From: Macrostomum lignano
Lineage: Eukaryota
Assembly: GCA_002269645.1 (NCBI GenBank)
Contig: NIVC01003328.1
Span: 1-64,000 of the forward strand
Length of the DNA: 64,000 nt
Direction of reading: 5' to 3'
Shown here piece by piece: positions 49,780 through 62,581 of the stretch; position 1 is the first letter of the stretch, and each line of letters opens with the position of its first letter. The position numbers were made by a program, and so were the translations under genes. The notes beneath the pieces are model-generated. The model searched no databases. It was not told the origin of the DNA and saw only the letters and a program-made list of their open reading frames with translations.

Positions 49780-49865
49780 TGGATGGGACGCCCCCGTGTG
49801 GTCGCCCAATCAGAACTAATTGCTATTGGCTGCAAGCCGGCGCTATCCAATCATGGGCAGATTAA
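49780..49865 (-). promoter_or_regulatory. Putative Barhl proximal promoter (CCAAT boxes, GC-rich)
   Basis: CCAATC and ATTGG motifs and GC boxes just upstream of the open exon-1 frame. Confidence 0.3.
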
Positions 49866-52800
49866 GTGAGCTTTGATCAGCTTTTACTGCTGTCGATTAT
49901 CGGCTGTGGAGAGTCGACACTGATGGGGAAGCCGAGGGGCCGCCTGTCAGCTGTGATTTGCAAACGGTCTCTCCCTCCCGGAGACTGGCTCAGAAGTGTC
50001 TCTCGTTTCTAAGCCCCTCTCTTTCTTTTCCTGTCTCTTCACACACAATTCTCAGCGTCTTTTAAGTGGGCAAAGGAATTAGGGGAAGAGTTGCTGCCCC
50101 CGCCTGGGTCCTCTTTCTATTCCCCTTTCCCTCATCTCGCGTCCCCCAGCGGATTTCCTCGCTGCCACTTCCAGCTATTCCTATTTTCTATCCCAGAAGT
50201 GGCCAGTCCCCCTTCGGAGACTCATTCGCTCCTGGCGGGTCGGGGTTGGCGTGGCCGCTCGACCATGCGAAATTGTCACGGCCGCTCTGTCTGGCTTGCC
50301 ACTTTCCCCGGCTGTATCGCTTGAAGGCTTGTAAAAATGAGGCAGGGTCGAATTTGTGCAAAGCAATAGCACAGAGTCCGGTCCGCATAGGACGATCGTA
50401 GCGACGATCGCATAGGAAAAGCTCCCCTATTTTTGTTTAGCAAGTCTCCGTGTTACCGTGTACCACGTGAAAGTCACAGCAGTTTGCTGCGGTAATTAGC
50501 TGTCGGCCCCGATCTGCAATTGTCGATATTGACCCTTGGGGTTCTCGCGAGTGACGCCCGCGTCAAGGATGCCTGTCTGAGATTTTGAGCTGGCGAGTGC
50601 AGTACAAACTAGCGGATCAACTGGCTGCTGCGAGACCCCATAGCTAATCGAATGCAGCCTCCGGGGGGCCGAGCTCTCTACCCCTGCCATGTCCCTTTTT
50701 GTGTTCGCCAAATAAATGAAATATTTAGCAATTTAATTAGCAAAAAGTCAGTCTCTCGGGAGCCTTCTGATTATGCTAATTAGCTGCTTGAATCCAGCCA
50801 TCGGAGCTGTTCAATTTTCGCTTTTCACGATAGGGGCTTTGCACGCCTGAGTTGGCGTGAGTGCCGCCAATGCAAACTGACTGCTGCCGCATCCCCGGGG
50901 CTCTCGGGCGCTGCCGCGGCTCCTCACTTGTCATGCACGGCGCGGGTTGGGAGGGGCTTATCAGGCCATCAGGCCTGTCTACACTCTGTAGCCCTGGGGC
51001 GGCGGCGGCCCGTCGGAGTCTGCGGCATGGCTAGGATTGATGCCGGACCTGGCATCAAGTGTCTGCGACTCACCAGCTTCGGGGCGATTCGCCGCAGTGA
51101 GACAGAAAGAAATGTATAAAGGTGACACGGACATATCTTTGCTGGGATATTTCTCCCTTGCATCTTTATCTGGCCAGGGCGCAGTGTCGCGCCTGGTAGC
51201 CATGCTATTATCTCTGCGTGTGTTGCTAGTCTCCCTAATCTCCCGCTGATCCCCCGACCTTGTTTCTCGCTTCCCTGTCAAATCGCCTCTTCGTCTGTGT
51301 ACATTTCTCTGTCCAGAAATGTCATGCAATTTACTGCACAGCGTGACTGAAAACAAGTTTTGTGCTTTTTCGCCTCTGAAACTTTAAATAACTTGTTGCC
51401 ATGCCTAGTTGCAAGCTATAAGGTGCTAATTGATTTGGGAACTCCACTCGTGTAAACAACAAAGTGTGAGCAAATAAGAAACCTGCCTCTTTAATCTCCC
51501 AAATTGCTTTGTTTGCCTGCGTGTTTTACACTGTCTACTTTGGCTGCAAATTTAATTGCGACTTCATCGGAGATGCCATCTTGTCTTTTTGTGTGCGCCC
51601 GTCTTCGCATGCACAGCTCATCTCGGCCAAAGTGTCCCACGGGGAATATCTCAATCTGCCGAAATCATGGCTTCGCTTTTCACTCCGTTTTCCTTGAGTT
51701 CTCCTGCTATCAGTTTCTCTCTCTCTCTCGGCCTGAATTGAGCCTAAATTGAGTTGAGTGTGTGACGCATTGGACAATGTTATATTGCTGGCGCCGTGAT
51801 CTTTGCTTGGCCCTGGGATGTCTTTCTGTCTGCGACTCTCGACTCCGCTAAGAGGCCGATCATTATCAAGCAAAATTGTGTTTTTTGTGTTCCACCCCCT
51901 CCCCCTTATTCTACCCACTTCCCCTTGCTCCATTGATAGCTCGAGTGACTCATAACTGCATGAATATGGCTATGAAATGAAAATGTCTCAATTTCGTTAT
52001 TTCGCTGGAGTCCCGCCCGCCTGCCACCTGTCCAAGTCCCCTACTCCCCTGTCCAATGCCCTGTCTGTCCCCTGATGGGGAGAATTTCCCCGGAGTTCTC
52101 TCAATTCGCCATTATCCCCCTTCCGACGTTTCGCATTTATTGCAGAGCCACTTAGAAGTAATGAGGCCGGGCTGTTGTAAGATTTTTTTAGTTGTTGTTC
52201 CCCGTCCCGCTCGCTTCCCCTGATCATTTATTAACCATGCTGGATTGTCTGCGCACGCCTCATTTCACAGCTTAGCCCCCCTTAAGTCTGCTAGCGATTG
52301 CTGTCTACTTGTCAGTAGCCAGTTGCCACTGACTCAGCCCCCCCCCCAATCGAACGCAGTCAGCCGCTTTCTCACTCCGTTTATTCTTCGGCCCGAGCGC
52401 TCATTGCATTGCATTCTCTCCATAGCGGGCCTTGAATTATTAACCTGTCGCCTGACCGCCCGATGCCGTGTCTCGCGGCAGTGAACATTGTGTTTCGATA
52501 AACATCGCAGCCCCGCTAACATGCTGCAGTTATCCCGGTGTTTATTGCCTACCTCGATTGTCTCCTGCTTGGTTGCTGAGCACGCAATTTTCATCTTGGC
52601 TGGCTCTGTTCTACCAGTATCGCTCTACCAGCATTGCTAACCTCACTGATTGACTCATTGGCTTCTTTATCCGCCTGTTTGTGACACTCGGACTCCGGGA
52701 TGAATCAAAGTTAAGATGCTGAGGCAGACTCGGGGGAGCGTGAGGGCGGCCTGTAATGCGCGCTGCCCACGCCCGGCTGCCCCCACTCCGCTATTCTGCA

Positions 52801-55256
52801 TGCCTTAAAAAATAAATCGGCACCGCTTTCTTCCCAGTAAATGGCGCCTCTATTAGAGCGATTTCCCCCGGAGCCTTATTGTGCACGGCGGGCTGGGTGC
52901 GGGGAAAACTGCGCGGAATATAAAAGATTAAGATTTCATGCCGGTCGGACAGAGCCTTCTCAGGCTGCTCAGTTTTGATTCCGCCACCACCTTGCCGGCC
53001 TGGCCGGATGCGGATTAATAATTCACTGAAGCCGGTCCGCGGCGCGAAGTAACAAGGCGCGCTAATCACTGGTAACTGGCGTGCGGACCGCAGCTTAAGG
53101 CTGAGAGAAGGGGGGAGAAATCACCGCGCCTTGCGTGATGCAGCTGAGAAGCTGAGTGCGCCTGTGCTGACTGTATTTGAAACTCTTTTGGCAGCTTCGG
53201 GGCCTGATGCGGCCCGTCGCTTAATATCTGTCCGTCTATCCCTTCTTTCTTATGCTCTTCCTCTTCTGATTAAACTGCCTGAGGGCCTGTTTAGAATTGG
53301 GGTCGAAGGCAGAATCAGAGGGGAGGCTGGCTGCCGCATCACTTATTCATCGGCGACTCCGCCAGTTTCCCTTCTGTTCTGCCCCGTGTCTGTCTGAGCA
53401 GCTTTGCAAAGGTGGAAATGTCTTGATTTTGCGTCTCCCCAACCCTCTCGCAGGCTCCCTGTGCCTCTCATGCGCCATCAATTCTCCCGGTGAATGGGGT
53501 CGTAAAGCCGCCCCTCCATCCCAGAGGTAAAGGTGAGTTGGGGTCCTCCGAGGCCAGGAATGTGAGCAGTCCAAGGCAAGGAGCGCAGGCACAGTTTAAG
53601 TATCTTCGCTTGCTCTCAAATTATCAGCGCTTGTCCGGGTCGGACTAAACTGTCCGGTTTTGTTGGCCGCTTGGGACGGGACAAATCGGGCCTGTTATGC
53701 TTGTGCGGCTGGCCATTTTGCACTGGCGCTCAGGAGTGGCTGTCCAGTTTTACAACCGCAGCTTGTGCCTTTCTTGTCCTCCGGCTTTTGTACCGGCGCA
53801 AATGGCCGTTTCGGAGCATTTAATTAACCACAGTCTGTTTACTGCCGTGTCTCGGCTAACTCTTTGAGGTGAAACCTGCAGCTGCCCGGCCGCGTCTTGG
53901 GAAATTAGAGACCAAATCGAAGATTGAGATTGCGATTTGTGAGATCAGTCAGGAAGTGCCGCACAATGCATCTCGGGATGTAGTGGAGTCGAGCGAAAAA
54001 ATATTTAAAAACATTTTGAGCTGAGTTACGTCCTCTGACTACGAGTAACCCTTGGGTTCAGCGATTAATTTTGTAACATATCGGCGCTTCTTAATTCAGC
54101 AAGGATTATTTTACGCAAAAGCCTTAGCCCAGGGCGTCTCTTCAAACCCTAAAAGTAGTTGACAAGTTGACAAAAAGTGATCCCTATTTGTTGTTTGATT
54201 ATAATAGAGTCCCTTCCCAGCTCGCCTGCACTCCACCTGCAAGTATTTCTAGAACCCCATGGCAGAGCAGAAGCGAGCAGGCTGCTGTCAGGTCTAGCAT
54301 TAGCAGCAGCATATGGGCTTTGCTGCATTCCATCGCAGAGGCAGGCCTGCAGCTCCTTAGTCGCCGAACTGCTGCTCCTAGAAGAACAATCGCTGCCCAG
54401 GATGCGGCCGGTTCGCCGCCCGACTCTCCGCTGCGCGCCGCAGTCGCAGGCTCTGGCAGCGGGCCGCCAACTTCTCCAGCCAGATTGACGTGATAAATGA
54501 CGCGGGGCCGGGGCAGGCCGCCATTCCGACCCGGGGATGAAGGGGAGAGGGGGGCGGCCTCCCGCCTGAAAGCGCCGAGGCCTCCTTGATGAAGTGGCCG
54601 CCTCCGCGCTTGGCTTCCTACAATCAATGCTCAAAGGAAACGACCTGCTTTGCGGGCCCATTGTGCCGGGCGCGCCCGCCTGCCTTCATGACCCCCGGCT
54701 CTGCTTTCCCTGTTCCCGGCCAGGCCTGTTGGCAGCTTCCATTGTTAGGCAGAGGCCGGCCTTTTTGCAGGTCGGGCCCCTAATTAGCTTATTTTCATTT
54801 TTACATTGCATTGTAATTGTTCAGCTTTCGGTTCAGTTTGCTGTGTTGTTGCGCCCGCGAATTGCCGCGCCTTTCTGCGTTATTTTTTTAACTAACCCTG
54901 CACATTTGCTTACTATTAGTAGCGACGCTAGGATATGTTTTTATTTTATAGATAATATATAAACTGTTTGGAAATAGGCGGGGGGTAGGCCTTATCTGCC
55001 CAGCTGTGCACACCGCACTGCAGGCTATAAATTGGCCGTCCCCGCGCAGGCTTCTCTTCGTCTGTCCGCGTCTTCCTTTACGGGAAATCTCTTCTAATTC
55101 CGCCGGAGCCTGTTTCTGAGCTTGCTAAAAAACGGTTTTTTTAACTGGCTTTCTAATAGCCGCTGATTTCTCTCATAATTTTCCGCATTTCTTTATCTGC
55201 TGAATTTATGTGAGTACACTTCACTTTACTATAACCGAACTTTTAATCAATCAATA

Positions 55257-55506
55257 AGTCAGTCAGTCAGTCAGTCAGTCAGTCAGTCAGTCAGTCAGTC
55301 AGCCAGTCAGTCAGTCAGTCAGTCAGTCAGTCAGTCAGTCAGTCAGTCAGCCAGTCAGTCAGTCAGTCAGTCAGTCAGTCAGTCAGTCAGTCAGTCAGTC
55401 AGCCAGTCAGTCAGTCAGTCAGTCAGTCAGTCAGCCAGTCAGTCAGTCAGTCAGTCAGTCAGTCAGTCAGCCAGTCAGTCAGTCAGTCAGTCAGTCAGTC
55501 AGTCAG
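55257..55506. repeat. (AGTC)n microsatellite, about 60 copies with AGCC interruptions
   Basis: Directly visible. Confidence 0.98.
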
Positions 55507-55678
55507 ACTCTGCTGCAAGAGCTGCTCGTGAATGAGTGAATCAACAGCGGATTTACTGAGGCCCGGCAGTCCCAGATAGTCCTGTTAATCACCCATTGGG
55601 CACGCGCTCCTTCTTAAAGCCCTGCAAGTCAATTCTACCTTGACCGCCACCGCTTTTCACTGCACAGAAGCCTGGGAG

Positions 55679-58600
55679 ATGACCGCGCCGCTGTCCTCAG
55701 TTGACCCCGAGATGCACGCCATCCTGCGCCGGGAGCGCGAGCGCCAAATGAGCGGCCTGGAGATGATCGCCTCGGAGAATTTCACCAGCGCCGCGGTGCA
55801 GCAGGCCCTGGCCTCCTGCATGACCAACAAGTACAGCGAGGGCCAGGTCGGCAACCGCTACTATGGCGGCAACGAGGTCGTGGACGAGATGGAGTCCATG
55901 TGCAAATCCCGAGCTCTGCAGGTGTTCGGTTTGAAATCCGAGGAGTGGGGCGTCAATGTGCAGGTGGGCTGCTGCAGTAGTATACTGTGCTTACGGCATT
56001 GCAGTGGGATTTAAGAATTCAGCACTCCCTGTGGATTGTAGCATTTCCTGTGGATTGCAGCATTCCCTGTGGATTGCAGCATTCCCTGTGGATTGCAGCA
56101 TTCCCTGTAGATTGCATCATTCCCTGTGGATTGTAGCATTTCCTGTGGATTGCATCATTCCCTGTAGATTGCAGCATTCCCTGTAGATTGCAGCATTCCC
56201 TGTAGATTTCATCATTCCCTGTGGATTGCATCATTCCCTGTAGATTGCATCATTCCCTGTGGATTGCATCATTCCCTGTAGATTGCAGCATTCCCTGTAG
56301 ATTGCATCATTCCCTGTGGATTGCAGCATTCCCTGTAGATTGCAGCATTCCCTGTAGATTGCATCATTCCCTGTGGATTGCATCATTCCCTGTGGATTGT
56401 GTCATTCCCTGTGGATTGCATCATTCCCTGCAGATTGCATCATTCCCTGTGGATTGCAGCATTCCCTGTAGATTGCATCATTCCCTGCGGATGGCATCAT
56501 TTCTTCCCTGCAGATTGCATCATTCCCTGTGGATTGTGTCATTCCCTGTGGATTGCATCATTCCCTGTGGATTGCAGCATTCCCTGTAGATTGCATCATT
56601 CCCTGCGGATGGCATCATTTCTTCCCTGCAGATTGCATCATTCCCTGTAGATTGCATCATTCCCTGTGGATTGCAGCATTTCCTGTAGATTGCATCATTC
56701 CCTGTGGATTGCAGCATTCCCTGTAGATTGCATCATTCCCTGTGGATTGTGTCATTCCCTGTGGATTGCATCATTCCCTGTGGATTGCAGCATTCCCTGT
56801 AGATTGCATCATTCCCTGCGGATGGCATGATTTCTTCCCTGCAGATTGCATCATTCCCTGTAGATTGCAGCATTCCCTGTAGATTGCATCATTCCCTGCG
56901 GATGGCATCATTTCTTCCCTGCAGATTACATCATTCCCTGTAGATTGCATCATTCCCTGTGGATTGCAGCATTCCCTGTAGATTGCATCATTCCCTGTGG
57001 ATGGCATCATTTCTTCCCTGCAGATTGCATCATTCCCTGTGGATTGCAGCATTCCCTGTAGATTGCATCATTCCCTGCGGATGGCATCATTTCTTCCCTG
57101 CAGATTACATCATTCCCTGTAGATTGCATCATTCCCTGTGGATTGTAGCATTTCCTGTGGATTGCATCATTTCCTGTGGATTGCATCATTCCCCTGTGTA
57201 CATTGCATCATTCCCTGTGGTTTAAAGCATTCCCTGTGGATGGCATCATTTCTTCCCTGCAGATTGCATCATTCCCTGTGGATTGCATCATTCCCTGTGC
57301 ATTGCATCATTCCCCTGTGTACATTGCATCATTCCCTGTGGTTTAAAGCATTCTCTGTAGATTGCAGCATTCCTTTTGTCATCCCCTATAATACGTGTAC
57401 GCAGAGCATCCCCTGTAGGCTCTCAAGAGTCGCCCCATCTTGGCTGCCGCATCCCGCAGGCCCTCTCCGGCTGCCCGGCCAACTTCGCCGTGTACACCGC
57501 GCTGGTCGGGCCGCACGGCCGCATCATGGGCCTGGACCTGCCGGACGGCGGCCACCTCAGCCACGGCTTCCAGACGCCGGCCAAGAAGGTGTCGGCCACC
57601 TCGCTCTATTTCGAGTCCATGTGCTACAAGGTGAGAAGTCCTTGACTGTTGTCTCTGGACACGGTTTGCTGCTCATTGCTGCTCACATCTAATAATGGGT
57701 ACTCACAGCTGTCTTAGCTACTCGTGGGTTTCACGGTTTCTCCTGGGTATTCACAGTTTAACAGTTTCTCAGGTATTCACAGTTTGTTATAGGTATTCAC
57801 AGTTTTTCAGGTATTCACAGTTTCTCAGGTATTCACAGTTTCTCAGGTATTCACAGTTTTTCAGGTATTCACAGTTTCTCATGAGCATTCGCGGTTTCTC
57901 ATGAACATTCTGCACGGTTTCTCAAGGGTATTCACAGTTTGACAGTTTCTCAGGTATTCACAGTTTCTCAGATATTCACAGTTTCTCATGAGCATTCGCG
58001 GTTTCTCATGAACATTCTGCACGGTTTCTCAAAAGTATTCACAGTTTGACAGTTTCTCAGGTATTCACAGTTTCTTAAGTATTCACAGTTTCTCAGGTAT
58101 TCACAGTTTCTCAGGTATTCACAGTTTCTTATAGGTATTCACAGTTTCTTATGGCTACTCACGCTACTCACAGCTCGTCATTGCGCATCTCCCCAACCCA
58201 CAGGTGGACCCGGTCACGGGGCTCATCGATTACGACGCCCTGGCGGCCAGCGCCCGCCTGTTCCGTCCCAAGCTGATCGTGGCCGGCATGAGCTGCTACT
58301 CGCAGCACTTGGACTACGCCCGCTTCCGGCAGATCTGCGACGAAGTCGGCGCCATCCTCATGGCCGACATGGCCCACGTGTCCGGCCTGGTGGCCGCCGG
58401 GGTGGTGCCCTCGCCCTTCGAGCACAGCGACATTGTCACCACCACCACGCACAAAAGCCTGCGCGGCCCGCGCTCCGCGCTTATCTTCTACCGCAAAGGT
58501 AAACTTGGGCAACTTGTTTTCGATACATGTCGGAATCCCAGGCGTAGTGCTGAGCGCTGAAGCTGAAGCTGAAAGCTCCTCTATTCGATTTCCCACTGCA

Positions 58601-59799
58601 GGCACGGTGATGCAGAAAGGCAAAGAGGTGCCGCTCACCTACGAGCAGCGCATCAACGAGGCCGTCTTCCCCGGACTGCAGGGCGGCCCCCACAACAACG
58701 CCATCGCAGCGGTGGCTGTGGCCCTCAAGCAGTGCATGTCGCCGGACTTCAAGGCTTATCAGCAGCAGGTGAGGCTCTGGTTCAGGTAGCTTTTTAAGCC
58801 CCCCCCCCCCCAGATACTCAGTTGCTGGGCCGCCACCCTCCCAGATCCCCAGTTGCCTTAATTCCACCCTCCCAGATCCCCAGTTGCCTTAATTCCACCC
58901 TCCCAGATCCCCAGTTGCCGGAAATCCACCTTCCCAGATCCCCAGTTGCCGGAAATCCACCCTCCCAGATCCCCAGTTGCCGGACATCCACCCTCCCAGA
59001 TCCCCAGTTGCCGGAAATCCACCCTCCCAGATCCCCAGTTGCCGGAAATCCACCCTTCCAGATCCCCAGTTGCCGGACATCCACCCTCCCAGATCCCCAG
59101 TTGCCGGACATCCACCCTTCCAGATCCCCAGTTGCCGGACATCCACCCTCCCAGATCCCCAGTTGCCGGAAATCCACCCTTCCAGATCCCCAGTTGCCGG
59201 ACATCCACCCTCCCAGATCCCCAGTTGCCGGACATCCACCCTTCCAGATCCCCAGTTGCCGGACATCCACCCTCCCAGATCCCCAGTTGCCGGGCCACAT
59301 AGACAAACGCCGCCCACTTCCCCATCGCCCGCAGGTTCTGCTGAACGCCCAGGCGCTGGTGGCCCGACTGAAGGAGCTCGGCTACTCCATCGTAACTGGC
59401 GGCACCGTCAACCACCTCTGCCTCGTGGACTTCCGGCCGCAGGGCGTCGAAGGCGCCCGGGTTGAGAAGTCGCTGGACCTGGTGGGCATCACCGCCAACA
59501 AGAACACCTGCCCCGGCGACCGCAGCGCCCTGCGCCCCAGCGGCCTCCGCCTGGGCACTCCGGCGCTGACCAGCCGCGGCCTGTGCGAGGCCGACATGCG
59601 CCGCGTTGCCGACTTCATCCACCAGGGCGTCCGGCTGGCCATCGACGCCGGAACCAAGCTGGCCGCACCCGGCCGGCTGGCCGACTTTGAGCGGCTGCTG
59701 CGCGAGGACGCCGAGCTCGGGCCGCGCACCGCCGAGCTGCGCCGCCAGGTGCACGAGTTCGCCAAGGGCTTCGCCATGCCCGGCCTGGCCGAGTTCTGA
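55679..59799 (+). CDS. SHMT: Serine hydroxymethyltransferase; exons 55668(ATG 55679)-55963, 57460-57630, 58204-58498, 58602-58768, 59335-59799
   Basis: [54 protein letters not shown] (PLP lysine), [32 protein letters not shown]; all introns are GT-AG and phase-compatible. An upstream exon or trans-splice is possible (AG at 55666-55667). Confidence 0.96.
56020..57375. repeat. SHMT intron 1 minisatellite, 19-bp unit GATTGCATCATTCCCTGTG
   Basis: Visible tandem copies, with a longer GATGGCATCATTTCTTCCCTGCA variant. Confidence 0.95.
57760..58155. repeat. SHMT intron 2 minisatellite, 18-bp unit GTATTCACAGTTTCTCAG
   Basis: Visible tandem copies with an internal ~100-bp duplication. Confidence 0.92.
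58830..59292. repeat. SHMT intron 4 minisatellite, 31-bp unit CCACCCTCCCAGATCCCCAGTTGCCGGA(A/C)AT, about 15 copies
   Basis: Visible tandem copies; explains the 31-aa periodic ORFs on both strands. Confidence 0.95.
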
Positions 59800-60745
59800 C
59801 CGCGAGCTTGAAACCCACGAAACCGCTGCGAAATGAACTCTGCTTTGCTAGTTTCCATAGTAACGGTGAATTCCCTGCCATATCTCCAAACATTGCCCCC
59901 GGAATCCTGCGCCTGAGCACAAAGTGCCGAAGTGTCCAACAGCCTGTGGGATTCGCTGCGCCAGGCTGACTCCCCTAGCCACTGCACTGCACATGCCTCT
60001 GGTTAATTCTCTAATCTTATCCGCTTCCACTGAACTTTCCTACACAGTCTGTCTCTCTGATCCGGCGAACATTTGCTTATTGTTTTGTTAATTTCCACTA
60101 AATTTTTCGGGCCTGTCAGGTGCTGCGTTCTTGCCGCGGAGATTTTCCAGCCGGTTCGAATTTGCTCCGGCTATAAATAGCTGGCCGCAGCCCCGTGCCC
60201 GATAAGCCCAGCGGAGACTCCCGCTCTGCTCTCTGCCCCCCTGCCTGCCTCCCCTGTAGCGAAAAATTTTTTCTATCAGCGCCGACGGAATTTTCCTGTG
60301 CGCTCATTGCCTTGGAAAAAAATACTTAATAATGCCCAGTACAGGCTACTATTAGTAGGCTGCGGTTAAATACTTTATCTATTCAATACTGCTTGCGAGC
60401 GAGTGCGTGTTTACAGTTTAGCCTTATCAAATAATGTCAGTTCAGCAGAGCACTGCGACCTTTTCTGTTTTTTTTTCAAGTTGATTTCACATTCAATCAG
60501 TTTCTTTTTGGACTCTGGCATCCTGATTTTGCATATCGATTTGAGCTTGACAATAAAACGCCGACTCCCTTAATCGTGTCTCGCGGCAATTCAACTGCTC
60601 CGTCTGGCAAGCGGGTGATTCTTATTTTCTACTAAAATGAACTCAAATTATTGCTTTGTTAATTAAACATAATTTTACTGTCTAGCTATATTTTTACATG
60701 CGTATGTTGAAGAAATGCAGGAAAACAGCAGCTGACAGACCGTGT

Positions 60746-61147
60746 CTACCAAAGTCTCTCGTCCGCATCGTATCGAGTCTGGTTCTTCTGGCTGAAGTGC
60801 AGCTGAAACTCCGTGTCGTTGAGCACAAACACCACCAGAGTGCGGCCATTCAGGTACTCGATGGGCCGGATGTAGGACGAGATCAGTTCGGGAATCTCTA
60901 TGAATTCAAACTGCTGCATGGTCTCCAGGCTCACGGTGCTGGCTGGCAGGCCGAACTTCTTGCCGTCTTTGTCATCATAGAAAACCAAGATCTGCTTGCT
61001 GGGCTCAATCTGGAAGCGGTGATAGATCTTGCGCTTCAGATCCACCACCAAGTCTGTGGAGTAGAGCACCAGGCGGCCTGACTGAATGTGTTTAGCGTAG
61101 TTATGAGCTATGTTCAGCTCGATCAGGGTCACATTGATCATCGACAT
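60746..61147 (-). CDS. Ubiquitin-like-domain protein, unknown function (~133 aa from Met 61147)
   Basis: Stop-free ORF with GC3-biased codons; TDLVVDLKRKIYHRFQIEPSKQILVF aligns by eye with ubiquitin [26 protein letters not shown]; no C-terminal GG. Confidence 0.65.
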   Translation of the reverse strand: MSMINVTLIELNIAHNYAKHIQSGRLVLYSTDLVVDLKRKIYHRFQIEPSKQILVFYDDKDGKKFGLPASTVSLETMQQFEFIEIPELISSYIRPIEYLNGRTLVVFVLNDTEFQLHFSQKNQTRYDADERLW

Positions 61148-61691
61148 CTTGATGGGTTCGTGGTTGACCTTTGATCTGTACAAGGTTGCTGATGAATTGA
61201 ACACATACGTAGCAGCCGTAATTTACAGTGCTTCATCTGTCCTAGTAAAACAATAGAATTGCAGAAGTGCTAAAATTAATTGCCAAAAGTTGTCTATGGC
61301 CATAATGGTGTGTCAAAAACGATTTATCGTTGATAATGATGAACTTCTATAAATTACTCGTAGCATCTGTAGCGGAGAAATTCTATTCTTCACGTACATA
61401 AGTTTTCGAAATCGAAATTCGCGCTGTGCACAACGTTGCATGAGTTGCAACGTTGAAAAAAATAAAATGATGTTTTATTTAACGTTGCAGACTTGCAATT
61501 AAAGTTATTCTGTTTAAAGGTATCGGTATTGCATAGATTGTTCCATAAATAAACTCCAACATATCCAACATAAACACATACTCCAACTCAAAAAAACTCC
61601 ATAGGATGAAGGAATAAATTCATTAATCCAGGCAGCAAACTACAGCAATCTCCCATCTAGAACCTTTTCTTGGCGGGATGTCAGTAAAAGA

Positions 61692-62581
61692 CAGTGATGG
61701 GCACCGCTAAATTTATTTTTAGCGCCGCTAATTAGCGCTATCGCTAACTGATAGAAGAAAATTTCTATTTTCGTTATTTCTAGCGCCGCTAATTTCTGCA
61801 AATTTCAAAATGCGCTATCTAATATAAACTGCCGTTTCACACGTATTTAAGCGTTTTTGCACATTTTTAACTGACACGTTTTAAATGAAAAAGCTAATAA
61901 TGCTATTGCTAATAATTAGTTTTTATTATCAATCCTAATTTAAAAAAACCTCAAGCCGCTGAACTGTCAGAGAAACAGTTGGTAGAAAGATCAGTTCCTA
62001 AATTACAGCTGTTTGCCTTGAAAAACGTCAAGGGTCCTTGCTACCAGGGCCATGGCCTTCTTATACTCAAGAAGGAAGGCGAGATCATCAGCTTGAAACG
62101 GTGGTACGGGATTTATTAACCCCACCATCACCCGGTTGATATACGTAGTCGCTTCGCATCATCGCTTAGAATATCAACTAAGTTGAACGTTGAATTCTTT
62201 GATTAAATTATTAAATTAAATTAAATTTATCAACAACTTTTGCTAACAAATTAAAGGTAGTAAGAAAACTTTTAAAAGTCAATGACAAAAACAAGATTGA
62301 TTGTTGATAACGAAAGCGAAAAAAAGAAATTCAAATTTCGTTTCGCATTTCTAAGAAAATTAGAAGCATATTAGAGATTTACTATAGATTGATTTGCGTA
62401 ATCTTTAATTTATTACTCAAATAGGGTCTCATTTTAAGTATTAAACAGTCATTAACCGTTTAGTTTTATAGCAAAAAAAATTAATTTAGCGCAATTAGCG
62501 ATTTTCAGAAAATATTAGCGGCGCTTTGATAGCGCGCCCTAATTGGAATTCAAATTTAGAGGCGCTAGTGGGCCATCACTG
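61692..62581 (-). mobile_element. hAT deletion derivative (890 bp) with a transposase remnant
   Basis: TIR CAGTGATGG at both ends; 8-bp TSD GTAAAAGA/GTACAAGA (7/8); subterminal TAGCGC repeats; minus-strand remnant FQADDLAFLLEYKKAMALVARTLDVFQG...LPTV resembles the hAT motif FL.EY..VM.P.A.ALD.LQGE...LLP. Confidence 0.82.

Noticed and set aside
54149-54661. Several overlapping 100-170 aa ORFs
   Set aside because: No recognisable domain or consistent splice structure; expected by chance in GC-rich DNA.
55956-57225. Cys/His-rich ORFs resembling metallothionein or zinc-finger repeats
   Set aside because: Translations of the 19-bp intronic minisatellite in SHMT intron 1.
58818-59754. Gly/Trp-rich minus-strand ORFs up to 298 aa
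   Set aside because: 31-bp repeat translation plus the antisense shadow of the last SHMT exon.
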